Shown here: positions 10,491 to 22,568 of the stretch, piece by piece | How the letters are laid out: each line of letters opens with the position of its first letter | Position numbering within the stretch: the first letter of the stretch is position 1 | Position numbers and translations under genes: made by a program | Assembly: GCF_024298765.1 (NCBI RefSeq) | Contig: NZ_CP101210.1 | Length of the DNA stretch: 64,000 bases | Source of the DNA: Escherichia coli | Lineage (GTDB): Bacteria; Pseudomonadota; Gammaproteobacteria; Enterobacterales; Enterobacteriaceae | Strand: one strand, 5' to 3' | The notes under the pieces: generated by a model | Databases searched by the model: none | Told to the model about the DNA's origin: nothing | The model's input: only the letters and a program-made list of their open reading frames with translations

Positions 10491-11744
10491 TTACGCACGA
10501 ATGGTGTAATCACCAATGCCGATCCACTTATAAGTGGTCAGTGCTTCCAGCCCCATTGGGCCGCGCGCGTGGAGTTTTTGTGTGCTTACCGCAACTTCCG
10601 CCCCCAGTCCAAACTGGCCGCCGTCGGTAAAACGCGTAGAGGCGTTAACGTAAACAGCGGAGGAATCCACTTCGTTAACAAAACGCTGGGCGTTGCGCAT
10701 ATCGCGGGTCAGGATCGCATCGGAGTGTTGCGTGCCGTGTTCACGAATATGGGCGATGGCATCGTCAAGATCGCTAACGATTTTGACGTTCAAATCTAAT
10801 GACAGAAACTCATCGTCATACTCTTCGGCTTTAACCGCCACCACCTTCGCGGGGCCTGTCTGCAACTGCGCCAGTGCACCTGCATCAGCGTGTAACGTCA
10901 CGCCACTTTCCGCCATTTGTTTGCTTAATGCGGGCAGGAAACTATCGGCGATGTTTTTATTCACCAGCAACGTTTCAACCGTATTACATGTGCTCGGTCG
11001 CTGAGTTTTCGCGTTGACGATCACTTTCAGGGCTTCAGCGATCTCTGCACTTTCATCAACGTAAATATGGCATACGCCTATACCACCTGTGATCACCGGG
11101 ATCGTCGACTGTTCGCGGCACAGTTTATGCAGGCCAGCGCCACCGCGCGGGATCAGCATGTCGATGTATTTATCCATACGCAGCATTTCACTGACCAGCG
11201 CGCGGTCAGGATTATCAATCGCCTGCACGGCACCCGCCGGTAAGCTGCAGGATTTCAGGGCGTCCTGAATCACCGCTACCGTTGCAGCGTTAGTGCGACA
11301 GGTTTCTTTGCCGCCGCGCAGGATCACCGCGTTACCGGTTTTCAGGCACAGGGAAGCAACATCAACCGTCACGTTCGGGCGCGCTTCATAAATCACGCCA
11401 ATCACCCCCAGCGGCACGCGACGGCGCTCCAGACGCAGGCCGCTGTCCAGTACGCCGCCATCGATTACCTGCCCCACCGGATCGGCGAGATTGCACACCT
11501 GGCGCACATCGTCGGCAATGCCTTTCAGCCGTGCGGGCGTCAGTGCCAGACGGTCAAGCATCGCTTCGCTAAGGCCATTGGCACGCGCGTCTGCAACATC
11601 CTGCGCGTTAGCGTTGAGGATACTTTCGCTTTGTGCTTCCAGTTCATCGGCGATTTTTTCCAGCACACGATTTTTTTCGCGGCTGGAGAGTTGCGCTAAT
11701 TTATACGAGGCTTGCTTCGCGGCAATGCCCATTTGTTCCAGCAT
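10491..11744 (-). CDS. proA: gamma-glutamyl phosphate reductase
   Basis: 417-aa translation matches ProA. Synteny with proB. Confidence 0.95.
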   Translation of the reverse strand: MLEQMGIAAKQASYKLAQLSSREKNRVLEKIADELEAQSESILNANAQDVADARANGLSEAMLDRLALTPARLKGIADDVRQVCNLADPVGQVIDGGVLDSGLRLERRRVPLGVIGVIYEARPNVTVDVASLCLKTGNAVILRGGKETCRTNAATVAVIQDALKSCSLPAGAVQAIDNPDRALVSEMLRMDKYIDMLIPRGGAGLHKLCREQSTIPVITGGIGVCHIYVDESAEIAEALKVIVNAKTQRPSTCNTVETLLVNKNIADSFLPALSKQMAESGVTLHADAGALAQLQTGPAKVVAVKAEEYDDEFLSLDLNVKIVSDLDDAIAHIREHGTQHSDAILTRDMRNAQRFVNEVDSSAVYVNASTRFTDGGQFGLGAEVAVSTQKLHARGPMGLEALTTYKWIGIGDYTIRA

Positions 11745-11755
11745 CGGCCAGCTCC

Positions 11756-12859
11756 TTAACGGGTAATCATGTCATCACGGTGAACGGCAACCGGGCCGTA
11801 TTCATATCCCAGTATTGCATCAATTTCTTGCGAGTGGTGTCCGGCAATACGGCGTAATGCATCGCTGTTGTAACGACTGACGCCGTGGGCGATATCGCGA
11901 CCTTCGAGGTTGCAAATACGGATGACTTCACCACGCGAGAAATTGCCAGTCACGCTTTTAATGCCTTTCGGCAACAGGGAGCTGCCGCGTTCCAGAATGG
12001 CGGCAGTTGCCCCTTCATCTACCGTGATTTCACCCGCAGGCGGCGCACCGAAAATCCAGCGTTTACGGTTTTCAAGCGGAGTCGCCTGGGCATGGAACAG
12101 CGTACCGACGGAAATGCCTTCCATCACATCACCAATAACGCCCGGCTTGCTGCCCGCGGCAATAATGGTGTCGATACCCGCACGGCAAGCCACGTCAGCG
12201 GCCTGCAATTTGGTGCTCATACCGCCAGTTCCGAGGCCTGAAACGCTATCACCGGCAATCGCGCGCAGTGCGTCATCAATGCCGTACACATCTTTAATCA
12301 GTTCTGCCTGCGGATTGCTGCGCGGGTCAGCGGTATACAAACCTTTTTGATCGGTCAGCAGCAACAGTTTATCGGCACCCGCCAGAATCGCCGCCAGCGC
12401 AGAAAGGTTATCGTTATCACCGACCTTAATCTCTGCAGTAGCGACAGCATCGTTCTCATTAATTACCGGAACGATATTGTTATCGAGCAACGCACGCAGG
12501 GTATCGCGGGCGTTCAGGAAGCGTTCACGATCTTCCATATCAGCACGGGTCAGCAACATCTGCCCGACATGAATGCCGTAAATTGAAAACAGCTGTTCCC
12601 ACAGTTGAATCAGTCGACTCTGCCCTACCGCCGCCAGCAGCTGTTTTGAAGCGATAGTCGCCGGCAATTCCGGGTACCCCAGGTGCTCACGTCCGGCGGC
12701 AATCGCACCCGACGTCACAATAACAATCCGATGCCCGGCGGCATGTAACTGCGCGCACTGGCGAACAAGTTCAACGATATGGGCACGGTTCAGGCGGCGC
12801 GATCCGCCTGTTAGCACACTGGTGCCGAGTTTTACCACCAGCGTCTGGCTGTCACTCAT
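11756..12859 (-). CDS. proB: glutamate 5-kinase
   Basis: Translation from [16 protein letters not shown] matches ProB. The track ORF extends 13 codons upstream of the likely start. Confidence 0.95.
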
Positions 12860-13048
12860 GATTCTCTGCCATTCAATTTTAGGAAAAAATGATATCAAAC
12901 GAACGTTTTAGCAGGACTGTCGTCGGTTGCCAACCATCTGCGAGCAAAGCATGGCGTTTTGTTGCGCGGGATCAGCAAGCGTAGCGGCAGTTGTTTACGC
13001 TTTTATTACAGATTTAATAAATTACCACATTTTAAGAATATTATTAAT

Positions 13049-13067
13049 CTGTAATATATCTTTAACA
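13049..13067 (+). promoter_or_regulatory. putative Pho box upstream of phoE
   Basis: CTGTAATATATCTTTAACA about 80 bp upstream of the phoE start resembles the PhoB-box direct repeat (CTGTCATA-type). Confidence 0.45.
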
Positions 13068-13147
13068 ATCTCAGGTTAAAAACTTTCCTGTTTTCAACGG
13101 GACTCTCCCGCTGAATATTCGCGCGTTAATTAAAATCAGGAATGAAA

Positions 13148-14203
13148 ATGAAAAAGAGCACTCTGGCATTAGTGGTGATGGGCATTGTGGCATCTGTATC
13201 CGTACAGGCCGCAGAAATATATAACAAAGACGGTAATAAACTGGATGTCTATGGCAAAGTTAAAGCCATGCATTATATGAGTGATAATGACAGTAAAGAT
13301 GGCGACCAGAGTTATATCCGTTTTGGTTTTAAAGGCGAAACACAAATTAACGATCAACTGACTGGTTATGGTCGTTGGGAAGCTGAGTTTGCCGGTAATA
13401 AAGCGGAGAGTGATACTGCACAGCAAAAAACGCGTCTCGCTTTTGCCGGGTTGAAATATAAAGATTTGGGTTCTTTCGATTATGGTCGTAACCTGGGCGC
13501 GTTGTATGACGTGGAAGCCTGGACCGATATGTTCCCGGAATTTGGTGGCGACTCCTCGGCGCAGACCGACAACTTTATGACCAAACGCGCCAGCGGTCTG
13601 GCGACGTATCGGAACACCGACTTCTTCGGCGTTATCGATGGCCTGAACTTAACCCTGCAATATCAAGGGAAAAACGAAAACCGCGACGTTAAAAAGCAAA
13701 ACGGCGATGGCTTCGGCACGTCATTGACATATGACTTTGGTGGCAGCGATTTCGCCATCAGTGGAGCCTATACCAACTCTGATCGTACCAACGAGCAGAA
13801 CCTGCAAAGCCGTGGCACAGGCAAGCGTGCAGAAGCATGGGCAACAGGTCTGAAATACGATGCCAATAATATTTATCTGGCAACTTTCTATTCTGAAACA
13901 CGTAAAATGACGCCAATCTCTGGCGGCTTTGCCAATAAGACGCAGAACTTTGAAGCGGTCGCTCAATACCAGTTTGACTTTGGTCTGCGTCCATCGCTGG
14001 GTTATGTCTTATCGAAAGGGAAAGATATTGAGGGCATCGGTGATGAAGATCTGGTCAATTATGTCGATGTTGGTGCTACGTATTATTTCAACAAAAATAT
14101 GTCAGCGTTTGTTGATTATAAAATCAACCAACTGGATAGCGATAACAAATTGAATATTAATAATGATGATATTGTCGCGGTTGGCATGACCTATCAGTTT
14201 TAA
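13148..14203 (+). CDS. phoE: outer membrane phosphoporin PhoE
   Basis: Translation ([21 protein letters not shown] signal peptide, porin body ending MTYQF) matches PhoE. Confidence 0.95.
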   Translation: MKKSTLALVVMGIVASVSVQAAEIYNKDGNKLDVYGKVKAMHYMSDNDSKDGDQSYIRFGFKGETQINDQLTGYGRWEAEFAGNKAESDTAQQKTRLAFAGLKYKDLGSFDYGRNLGALYDVEAWTDMFPEFGGDSSAQTDNFMTKRASGLATYRNTDFFGVIDGLNLTLQYQGKNENRDVKKQNGDGFGTSLTYDFGGSDFAISGAYTNSDRTNEQNLQSRGTGKRAEAWATGLKYDANNIYLATFYSETRKMTPISGGFANKTQNFEAVAQYQFDFGLRPSLGYVLSKGKDIEGIGDEDLVNYVDVGATYYFNKNMSAFVDYKINQLDSDNKLNINNDDIVAVGMTYQF

Positions 14204-14211
14204 TGGATATT

Positions 14212-14232
14212 GCCGGATGTGATGCATCCGGC
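14212..14232 (+). terminator. hairpin downstream of phoE
   Basis: Inverted repeat GCCGGATG-TGATG-CATCCGGC 8 bp after the phoE stop. T-tract is weak. Confidence 0.4.
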
Positions 14233-14241
14233 ACATTTCAT

Positions 14242-14700
<459 letters not shown>

Positions 14701-15945
14701 TTAACACAACCGTTTTTCGATCCAGTCTGTGATTTCCTGAAGGCCTTTGTCAAAATTCCGATACACCGGGTTAAATGGGATCTCTAATAATTTACCGTCA
14801 GCAGATGACGACGTGATTAAGCGTGAGTCCTCTTCCGGGCTGAACGGATCGTTCTTCCAGTAGCCTGATAACATTGGCGTTGGGCAGCGACGTCCCAGCA
14901 ATCCTTGCACTTTTAATGAATAGCGATTCAACTCCACTCGCAACGCTTCATCGGAAGCATCATGCATCCCTAAACGACTGGCCAGAACGTCAAGATACAT
15001 TTCCGGCACCTGTTGCTGGCACTTAAAATCACTCAACAGGGTATGAACTACCGGACCAAGACAGGCAACCACTTTCAGACGCGGCGATTCAAGGTATGCC
15101 AGACGCACGGCAACGTTAGCGCCGAAACGGAAACCAAAGGCCGCGACGCGAGTGTGATCCACCCACGGTACGTTAGGCAGCGCCTTTAAAACGTGCTGAT
15201 GCAACAGGCTGGAGTCCTGGGTGAGCTTCCATTTTGAAGAAAAGCCCACCGACGGCATATCAATAGTCAGCATAGCAATGCCGCGCGGCGCAAAATAACG
15301 TTCATACAGGCTGTAATAGTCCGTCTGCATCGCATCCAGACCACCACACATTAATACTGTCGGGAACGGGCCATCGCCTTTCGGCATATGCAAAAAGCCG
15401 GTGATGGGCGCACCGCCGGGTACGGTAAACTCCATCTGCCGCATCGTGCCCGGCAGACGCTGAGCGGCCTCTTCATAGGCGCGGTTTGACAAAGCCTGCG
15501 CTTGCTCGGCCAGGTCATCTCCTTTCAGATGAGGATAGGCAGCAATGTTGTACAACGTAGCCGCATGCAGCCAGTGTCGACCGCTGAGTTGCGGATCTTC
15601 TTCCGCACAGGCTTTTTGTTGCCACACCATCGCCTGGGTAGCCCACTCATAAATCCAGTTGCCGCCGCGGTAGCCAATCACCGTATCGTATAAATCATCG
15701 TCGGTACGTTCGGCATCGCTCATCACAATACGCGCCTGGACGTCGAGGATTTCACGGGGGTCAATGCCGCGCCAGATCCACATCAGACGGTTAATCATGC
15801 GATACCAGTGAGGGATGGTTTTACCATCAAGGGCCGACTGCACAGGCGGTTGTGCGCCGTGACTAAAGCGGCGGACTAGCGTCGAGGTTTCAGGATGTTT
15901 AAAGCGGGGTTTGAACAGGGTTTCGCTCAGGTTTGCCTGTGTCAT
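14701..15945 (-). CDS. frsA: fermentation/respiration switch esterase FrsA
   Basis: 414-aa translation matches FrsA (alpha/beta hydrolase). Confidence 0.9.
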   Translation of the reverse strand: MTQANLSETLFKPRFKHPETSTLVRRFSHGAQPPVQSALDGKTIPHWYRMINRLMWIWRGIDPREILDVQARIVMSDAERTDDDLYDTVIGYRGGNWIYEWATQAMVWQQKACAEEDPQLSGRHWLHAATLYNIAAYPHLKGDDLAEQAQALSNRAYEEAAQRLPGTMRQMEFTVPGGAPITGFLHMPKGDGPFPTVLMCGGLDAMQTDYYSLYERYFAPRGIAMLTIDMPSVGFSSKWKLTQDSSLLHQHVLKALPNVPWVDHTRVAAFGFRFGANVAVRLAYLESPRLKVVACLGPVVHTLLSDFKCQQQVPEMYLDVLASRLGMHDASDEALRVELNRYSLKVQGLLGRRCPTPMLSGYWKNDPFSPEEDSRLITSSSADGKLLEIPFNPVYRNFDKGLQEITDWIEKRLC

Positions 15946-16036
15946 GGATGCAGCCTCCAGAATACTTACTGGAAACTATTGTAACCCGCCTGAAGTTAAA
16001 AAGAACAACGCCCGGCAGTGCCAGGCGTTGAAAAGA

Positions 16037-16495
16037 TTAGCGACCGGAGATTGGCGGGACGAATACGACGCCCATATCCCACGGCTGTTCGATCCAGGTA
16101 TTTTGCGGGATATCAACAACATAATCATCAACCAGCGGACGACCAGCCGGTTTTGCGAAGATGGTGACAAAGTGCGCTTTTGGATACATTTCACGAATCG
16201 CAACCGCAGTACCACCGGTATCTACCAGGTCATCAATAACGATGAAGCCTTCGCCATCGCCTTCTGCGCGTTTCAGCACTTTAAGCTCGCGCTGGTTGTC
16301 GTGATCGTAGCTGGAAATACAAACGGTATCGACATGACGAATACCCAGTTCACGCGCCAGTAACGCACCCGGTACCAGACCGCCACGGCTTACGGCAATA
16401 ATGCCTTTCCATTGTTCAGAAGGCATCAGTCGGCTTGCGAGTTTACGTGCATGGATCTGCAACATGTCCCAGGTGACGATGTATTTTTCGCTCAT
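16037..16495 (-). CDS. gpt: xanthine-guanine phosphoribosyltransferase
   Basis: 152-aa translation matches Gpt, including the PRPP-binding motif [11 protein letters not shown]. Confidence 0.95.
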   Translation of the reverse strand: MSEKYIVTWDMLQIHARKLASRLMPSEQWKGIIAVSRGGLVPGALLARELGIRHVDTVCISSYDHDNQRELKVLKRAEGDGEGFIVIDDLVDTGGTAVAIREMYPKAHFVTIFAKPAGRPLVDDYVVDIPQNTWIEQPWDMGVVFVPPISGR

Positions 16496-16755
16496 GTGAA
16501 GTGTCCCAGCCTGTTTATCTACGGCTTAAAAAGTGTTCGAGGGGAAAATAGGTTGCGCGAGATTATAGAGATCTGGCGCACTAAAAACCAGTATTTCACA
16601 TGAGTCCGCGTCTTTTTACGCACTGCCTCTCCCTGACGCGGGATAAAGTGGTATTCTCAAACATATCTCGCAAGCCTGTCTTGTGTTGACAACATTTTCT
16701 GCTAACCCTGTGACCTGCAATACTGTTTTGCGGGTGATCGACAAGGAGACTTAAC

Positions 16756-18213
16756 GTGTCTGAACTGTCTCAATTATCTCCACAGCCGCTGTGGGATATT
16801 TTTGCCAAAATCTGTTCTATTCCTCACCCGTCCTATCATGAAGAGCAACTCGCTGAATACATTGTTGGTTGGGCAAAAGAGAAAGGTTTCCATGTCGAAC
16901 GCGATCAGGTAGGTAATATCCTGATTCGTAAACCTGCTACCGCAGGTATGGAAAATCGTAAACCGGTCGTCTTGCAGGCCCACCTCGATATGGTGCCGCA
17001 AAAAAACAACGACACCGTGCATGACTTCACTAAAGATCCTATCCAGCCTTATATTGATGGCGAATGGGTTAAAGCACGCGGCACCACGCTGGGTGCGGAT
17101 AACGGCATTGGTATGGCCTCTGCACTGGCGGTTCTGGCTGACGAAAACGTGGTTCACGGCCCGCTGGAAGTGCTGCTGACCATGACCGAAGAAGCCGGTA
17201 TGGACGGTGCTTTTGGCTTACAGAGCAACTGGTTGCAGGCTGATATTCTGATTAACACCGACTCCGAAGAAGAAGGTGAAATCTACATGGGTTGTGCGGG
17301 AGGTATCGACTTCACCTCCAACCTGCATTTAGATCGTGAAGCGGTTCCAGCTGGTTTTGAAACCTTCAAGTTAACCTTAAAAGGTCTGAAAGGCGGTCAC
17401 TCCGGCGGTGAAATCCACGTTGGCCTGGGTAATGCCAACAAACTGCTGGTGCGCTTCCTGGCGGGTCATGCAGAAGAACTGGACCTGCGCCTTATTGATT
17501 TCAACGGCGGCACACTGCGTAACGCCATCCCGCGTGAAGCCTTTGCGACCATTGCTGTCGCAGCTGATAAAGTCGACGCCCTGAAATCTCTGGTGGATAC
17601 CTATCAGGAGATCCTGAAAAACGAACTGGCAGAAAAAGAGAAGAATCTGGCATTGCTGCTGGACTCCGTAGCGAACGACAAAGCTGCATTAACGGCGACA
17701 TCTCGCGATACCTTTATTCGTCTGCTGAACGCAACCCCGAACGGTGTGATCCGCAACTCCGACGTGGCAAAAGGTGTGGTCGAAACCTCCCTGAACGTCG
17801 GTGTGGTGACCATGACCGACAATAACGTAGAAATTCACTGCCTGATCCGTTCTCTGATCGACAGCGGTAAAGACTACGTAGTGAGCATGCTGGATTCACT
17901 GGGTAAACTGGCAGGTGCGAAAACAGAAGCAAAAGGCGCATATCCTGGCTGGCAGCCGGACGCTAACTCTCCGGTAATGCATCTGGTACGTGAAACCTAT
18001 CAGCGTCTGTTCAACAAGACGCCGAACATCCAGATTATCCACGCGGGCCTGGAATGTGGTCTGTTCAAAAAACCGTATCCGGAAATGGACATGGTGTCTA
18101 TCGGGCCAACCATCACCGGTCCACACTCTCCGGATGAGCAAGTTCATATCGAAAGCGTTGGCCATTACTGGACACTGCTGACTGAACTGCTGAAAGAAAT
18201 TCCGGCGAAGTAA
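16756..18213 (+). CDS. pepD: cytosol non-specific dipeptidase PepD
   Basis: 485-aa translation matches PepD. GTG start. Confidence 0.95.
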   Translation: MSELSQLSPQPLWDIFAKICSIPHPSYHEEQLAEYIVGWAKEKGFHVERDQVGNILIRKPATAGMENRKPVVLQAHLDMVPQKNNDTVHDFTKDPIQPYIDGEWVKARGTTLGADNGIGMASALAVLADENVVHGPLEVLLTMTEEAGMDGAFGLQSNWLQADILINTDSEEEGEIYMGCAGGIDFTSNLHLDREAVPAGFETFKLTLKGLKGGHSGGEIHVGLGNANKLLVRFLAGHAEELDLRLIDFNGGTLRNAIPREAFATIAVAADKVDALKSLVDTYQEILKNELAEKEKNLALLLDSVANDKAALTATSRDTFIRLLNATPNGVIRNSDVAKGVVETSLNVGVVTMTDNNVEIHCLIRSLIDSGKDYVVSMLDSLGKLAGAKTEAKGAYPGWQPDANSPVMHLVRETYQRLFNKTPNIQIIHAGLECGLFKKPYPEMDMVSIGPTITGPHSPDEQVHIESVGHYWTLLTELLKEIPAK

Positions 18214-18224
18214 TTATTTGATTT

Positions 18225-18262
18225 GCTGCCGGATGGCGTTTAATCGCCTTCCGGCAGTTTCA
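18225..18262. terminator. bidirectional hairpin between convergent pepD and prfH
   Basis: Inverted repeat GCCGGATGGCG...CGCCTTCCGGC between the two stop codons. Confidence 0.4.
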
Positions 18263-18269
18263 TCCTTCA

Positions 18270-18884
18270 TTACCCTTCGATAAAGGCCATCCCTGTAAAC
18301 GTTCGTCGCGGGTTGCCACGTTCAATCTGGTGATGGAACATTCGCCGCTGCGATTTCAGCGCCGCGCTATTTTCCTGTTGCTGTTGTTCCAGCTTCCAGG
18401 CAATCAGTAATCGCGCCAGCCGTTTGTTAGCATGCTGACTGCGCTCTGACTGAACCTTCACGCTAATACCGGATGCCAGATGCGTGGCGCGTACCGCCGA
18501 GTCGGTTTTATTGACATGTTGACCGCCCGGCCCCGACGAACGCAGCGTCTCATAACGGATTGCATCCGATTGTTCCTGCTCATCAGCGGTAAAACGCCCA
18601 ATGCCCAGAAACCAGTTTTTGCGCCCATGATGAGGCCGATACGGACTCGGACAAATCCACTGAATAGTGCCGCACCAGCTTTCGCTTAGAGCCCATGCGT
18701 TATCGCCATCCAGAGAAATCAGCGCCGAACGCAGTGTGTCAGAGTAGCGACCCGTTTCTGTTTCCAGCACCGTTACCGCGACGTCCTGTCGGGTAGCTTC
18801 TTTAATCAGCCTGTCCAGTGCTTTTCTCACTGCGAGACAACATTCTTCCGGCCCCTGAGCAGAGGAGAGTTGTAGCAAGATCAT
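18270..18884 (-). CDS. prfH: peptide chain release factor homolog PrfH (full length)
   Basis: Translation from [23 protein letters not shown] matches PrfH. ORF is uninterrupted and overlaps the upstream rtcB-like gene by 4 bp. Confidence 0.85.
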
Positions 18885-20032
18885 CCTTTTTTCCCTCCAC
18901 TGTTTTTGAGCGTCAGCACCGGGCGCAGTCGCGCGACAGGAATAATTAACCCAGCCAGCACCAGACATTGCACCACGCTTTCAGCCGATTTATAGGCTTG
19001 TGGCGCTTCTTCAAAGATGAGTTGTTTATCGCGACAAATTACCCGACTGCCAAGTTCAGTCCGCGAGAGTTGCGTCGCCGTGTATTTCGCTGCCAGACGC
19101 CCTTTACACTCGGTGCGCCCCCATTTACGCCCCGCCCCATGCGCCAGCGAGTGGAGCGTTTTTTCGTTCGCAACAGGTTTAACCAGCCAGGAGTAATCGC
19201 CGCGTGAACCGGGAATAATCACCAGACCGTTGTCATCCGGCGTGGCGCCTTTACGATGCAACCAGCCCTGTTGATCGCCGATTTGGCACGCGCTAACAAA
19301 GTTATGCGCCACATCCAGAACCGGACTTCCGGTGGCCTTAACTTGTTGCATTATGCGCAAAGCGATCAGCTGGCGATTAATACGCGCAAACGCCAGCGCA
19401 TCGTCATGTTCCGCAATATACCGTAGCGCGTCGTCACTGCCTTCAGGCAAACCATGATGCGAAAACGAGGCAATATGCCGCTGTAAAATAGACTGCCCCA
19501 ATCCCCTCGAGCCGCTATGAACCAGCAGTTGCAGATGCTGCGCATCCAGACCAGCCAGTGCAAACAGTTCCGCGTCGATAATTTGATCAATCTGTTGCAG
19601 TTCTACGAAGTGGTTACCGCCACCGATGGAGCCAAGCGAGTTGCGCCACGGATGCTGTGCAAATGCTGACGGCAGGTTTTCCTCCAGCCAGCTTTCTTCA
19701 GCAACGTCATCCAGATCTGATAATCGCTTTTCAAACTTATCGGCGTTGTATTTGCGAGCGAGAATATCTGTTTGCCATAGCGCCATGCCGCAGCCGATAT
19801 CATTGCCGACCAGTGCCGGGTAAAAACGACCAACAGAGAAGAACGCTGCGCCAATCGGGTAGCCGCGTCCGGGATGTAAATCTGGCATCCCCACAACGCG
19901 CTGCATGTTGGGTAAATTTGCCGTGGTGTGTAATTGTTGGATCGCTAAACTCTCGATCCACAGGTCATCAGATGCGATGGTAAATACCGCATCGGATAAG
20001 GGACGAATATATTTGCCCATGTACCATTCCAT
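18881..20032 (-). CDS. RtcB-family RNA ligase paired with prfH (K-12 ykfJ equivalent, intact here)
   Basis: 383-aa ORF with RtcB-like sequence (GNHFVELQ metal-binding region and conserved His residues). Translationally coupled to prfH. Confidence 0.8.
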   Translation of the reverse strand: MEWYMGKYIRPLSDAVFTIASDDLWIESLAIQQLHTTANLPNMQRVVGMPDLHPGRGYPIGAAFFSVGRFYPALVGNDIGCGMALWQTDILARKYNADKFEKRLSDLDDVAEESWLEENLPSAFAQHPWRNSLGSIGGGNHFVELQQIDQIIDAELFALAGLDAQHLQLLVHSGSRGLGQSILQRHIASFSHHGLPEGSDDALRYIAEHDDALAFARINRQLIALRIMQQVKATGSPVLDVAHNFVSACQIGDQQGWLHRKGATPDDNGLVIIPGSRGDYSWLVKPVANEKTLHSLAHGAGRKWGRTECKGRLAAKYTATQLSRTELGSRVICRDKQLIFEEAPQAYKSAESVVQCLVLAGLIIPVARLRPVLTLKNSGGKKG

Positions 20033-20209
20033 TTATGAATAAAAATCAGGAAATGGCAGACGAATCCAGGGCAAGAAAAAAGAATTAATCCTGGAAAGGT
20101 CTGCAAAGAGTCATTGATAAAGGATTTGTCATGATTTACCTCCTTGCAGTTTGTGGAATAAGAAAACGCGCACATACTAGACGGGCGTTATTTTCATTGC
20201 AAGCTGGAT

Positions 20210-20662
20210 TTAATGTTGCGGTTTATATCGCATATAAAAATTAGTAAACCACGTTCCCCGGCATTCAACGCGCTGCTGCTTAACTGTCTGAAAACCATAA
20301 CGTTCAAAAAAGGGTTTTGCGGTTATGCTGGCGTCCACCGTAAGTTCGGATTCAGACTTAATCAATGGTTTTAACAAAGCGCTGGCAACTCCGCGTCGGG
20401 TGTATTCCGGTTCAACAAATAACATATCGATATAATGTCCAATGCGGGTAATAAAACCAACCGGTTGTGCATTAATAACTGCAACCCGCACTTGTGATTT
20501 CGCGAGTTTCTCCTTCCAGCGAGATTCGTCAATCTGCGCCCAGGCGGCAATTTGCTGTGGAGAATAGTGCTGACTCGCCGTCATCGTAACAGCTCGAAGG
20601 AAAATAGCGCATAGTTGCTGAAAATCACCAGGCTGATAGTTTCTTATTTGTATGTTATTCAT
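20210..20662 (-). CDS. yafP: GNAT acetyltransferase YafP
   Basis: 150-aa translation matches YafP. Overlaps the dinB stop by 4 bp. Confidence 0.85.
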   Translation of the reverse strand: MNNIQIRNYQPGDFQQLCAIFLRAVTMTASQHYSPQQIAAWAQIDESRWKEKLAKSQVRVAVINAQPVGFITRIGHYIDMLFVEPEYTRRGVASALLKPLIKSESELTVDASITAKPFFERYGFQTVKQQRVECRGTWFTNFYMRYKPQH

Positions 20663-21714
20663 AATCCCAGCACCAGTTGTCTTTCCATTTGAGGGTCAAG
20701 CAACGTCACATGCAGCCCCACCAGTCGCACACCGCGCCCGCCGCGACGTTCATCCCAGGTTTTACGCGCGGTGGCGATTAGATCAGCTTTATTCAGCCGC
20801 GGCCAGACGTGCTCCTGAGTAGTTTGCTGAAAATCGTCGAACTTTAATTTCACCCCCTGGCGAGCAATCAGTAAATCAGGTTTTACCTTTGCCAGACGGC
20901 GTTCAAGTTCAGGATACAGCCGCTCAATAATCGCTTCACATTCAGACCAGTGATGAATATCTTCCGCCATCGTGCGTTCCACGCCGACGGATTTTCGCAA
21001 CCGTTCACTGTTAACGTCGCGCTCGTCAATCCCCTGACTACGCTCCCACAAAATGCGGCCAAATTTGCCAAAGCGTTTAAGCAGAATCACCAGATCACAC
21101 TTTTGCACATCACCGCAGGTCCGCAGCCCCATCGCTTCCAGTTTTGCCGCCGAGACTTTGCCGACGCCGGGAATTTTTGCCAGCGGTAAGGTTTGCAGAA
21201 ATGCCGGAACTTCTGCCGGCGTAATCACAAACTGACCGTTGGGTTTATTCATGTCGGAAGCAATTTTGGCGAGAAACTTGACCGGCGCAACGCCCGCAGA
21301 CGCCGTCAGTTGCAGCTCGTTGAAGATCGTCTGGCGGATTTCCTGGGCGATGAGGGTCGCAGAACCGTGGCAATGGACGCTATCGGTGACATCGAGATAG
21401 GCTTCATCCAGTGATAACGGTTCAATGCGCGAGGTATAGCGCGAGAAAATTTCGCGGATATGATTTGAGGCTTCTTTGTAGGCGTCAAAGCGCCCTGGAA
21501 GCAAGGTGAGATGCGGGCATAATTTGAGCGCCATCCCTGTCGGCATAGCGCTACGTACGCCAAATTTACGCGCGGGATAATTGGCGGTGCTGATCACCCC
21601 CCGTCGTTCGCGGCTGCCGCCAATAGCAATAGGGATATCGCGCAGGGCGGGATTATCGCGCATCTCCACCGCTGCGAAAAAGCAGTCCATATCCACATGA
21701 ATGATTTTACGCAT
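20659..21714 (-). CDS. dinB: DNA polymerase IV
   Basis: 351-aa translation ([33 protein letters not shown]...) matches DinB. Confidence 0.95.
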   Translation of the reverse strand: MRKIIHVDMDCFFAAVEMRDNPALRDIPIAIGGSRERRGVISTANYPARKFGVRSAMPTGMALKLCPHLTLLPGRFDAYKEASNHIREIFSRYTSRIEPLSLDEAYLDVTDSVHCHGSATLIAQEIRQTIFNELQLTASAGVAPVKFLAKIASDMNKPNGQFVITPAEVPAFLQTLPLAKIPGVGKVSAAKLEAMGLRTCGDVQKCDLVILLKRFGKFGRILWERSQGIDERDVNSERLRKSVGVERTMAEDIHHWSECEAIIERLYPELERRLAKVKPDLLIARQGVKLKFDDFQQTTQEHVWPRLNKADLIATARKTWDERRGGRGVRLVGLHVTLLDPQMERQLVLGL

Positions 21715-21729
21715 TGCTCACCTCTCAAC

Positions 21730-21745
21730 ACTGGTAAAGTATACA
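21730..21745 (-). promoter_or_regulatory. LexA (SOS) box of dinB
   Basis: Reverse complement reads CTGTATACTTTACCAG, fitting CTGT-N8-ACAG-type SOS box consensus, 16 bp upstream of the dinB start. Confidence 0.75.
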
Positions 21746-21784
21746 GTAATTTCAGGGGTTGAGAAATGCGTAAAGATTCAGCAT

Positions 21785-22565
21785 TTAACGCGCTCGCTGC
21801 GAAAGCACCTGCTGCTTATCCAGCTTTTGCACCAGCGGCTGCACCACTTTATCCCCATGCTGACCAAAGTATTGATACAGCGTATCGGACGCACTTTTGG
21901 TCAGCACCATAATCTCAATGCGCCGGTTGCCCGCGCTTTGCGGATTTTTGGCATCCAGCAACATCTGGTCCGCCATTGCGCTTACCTGCATCACTTTATC
22001 TTCCGGCATTCCGGCCTCTTCCAGCACCCGACGAGCCGAAAGCGCGCGATCGCCCGAAAGGTTCCAGTTGTTGTAGATATTGTTTTTGTAGGCCATCGCA
22101 TCGGTATGCCCGGTAATAATAATTTTGTTATCGAGAGAGTCGAACACCGGCGCAAGCTCCACCAGCAGCGTTTTAAAGAACGGCATAATCTTCGCGCTGC
22201 CGCGTTCAAACATATTGCGGTTCTGGTCGTCTTTAATCAGCACGCGTAATCCCTGGGGAACAATCTCCATCTCCAGATTCGCTTCCATATGCGCATCACG
22301 GGCGATGGTATTGATACTGGTTGCCAGCTCGCCAAGCTCGGTGGCGGATTTCTTCTTCAGCAGCGCCGTTTTCTCGTTGACGTCGCGCGCTTTTTTCTCC
22401 GTCTCTTCCGGCACCGCCACGGTGGCAGGTTTTGGCGGATGAGACGGGCTGATTTTATTTAACGGCGACAGCCCGCCACCATTGAAAATCGACTGCCCGT
22501 GCAGCGCGGCGATAATGCTTTCACGCTCGGATTTACTGACGCTGTTGACAATCAACTTTATCGTC
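21785..22565 (-). pseudogene. lafU: lafU' (MotB-like Flag-2 motor protein), N-terminally truncated
   Basis: OmpA/MotB C-terminal domain present (IIITGHTDAMAY...NWNLSGDRALSARRVLEEAGM...NRRIEIMVL) but no N-terminal transmembrane segment. Abuts the lfhA fragment. Confidence 0.7.
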
Positions 22566-22568
22566 GTC

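Noticed and set aside
10410-12586. Several plus-strand ORFs (10410-10799, 10693-11004, 11491-11766, 11885-12350, 12347-12586)
   Set aside because: They are antisense to the well-supported proA and proB genes and have biased, low-complexity translations typical of shadow frames.
16774-18181. Minus-strand ORFs within pepD (16774-17157, 17501-17941, 17896-18165)
   Set aside because: Antisense shadow ORFs inside a well-supported conserved gene.
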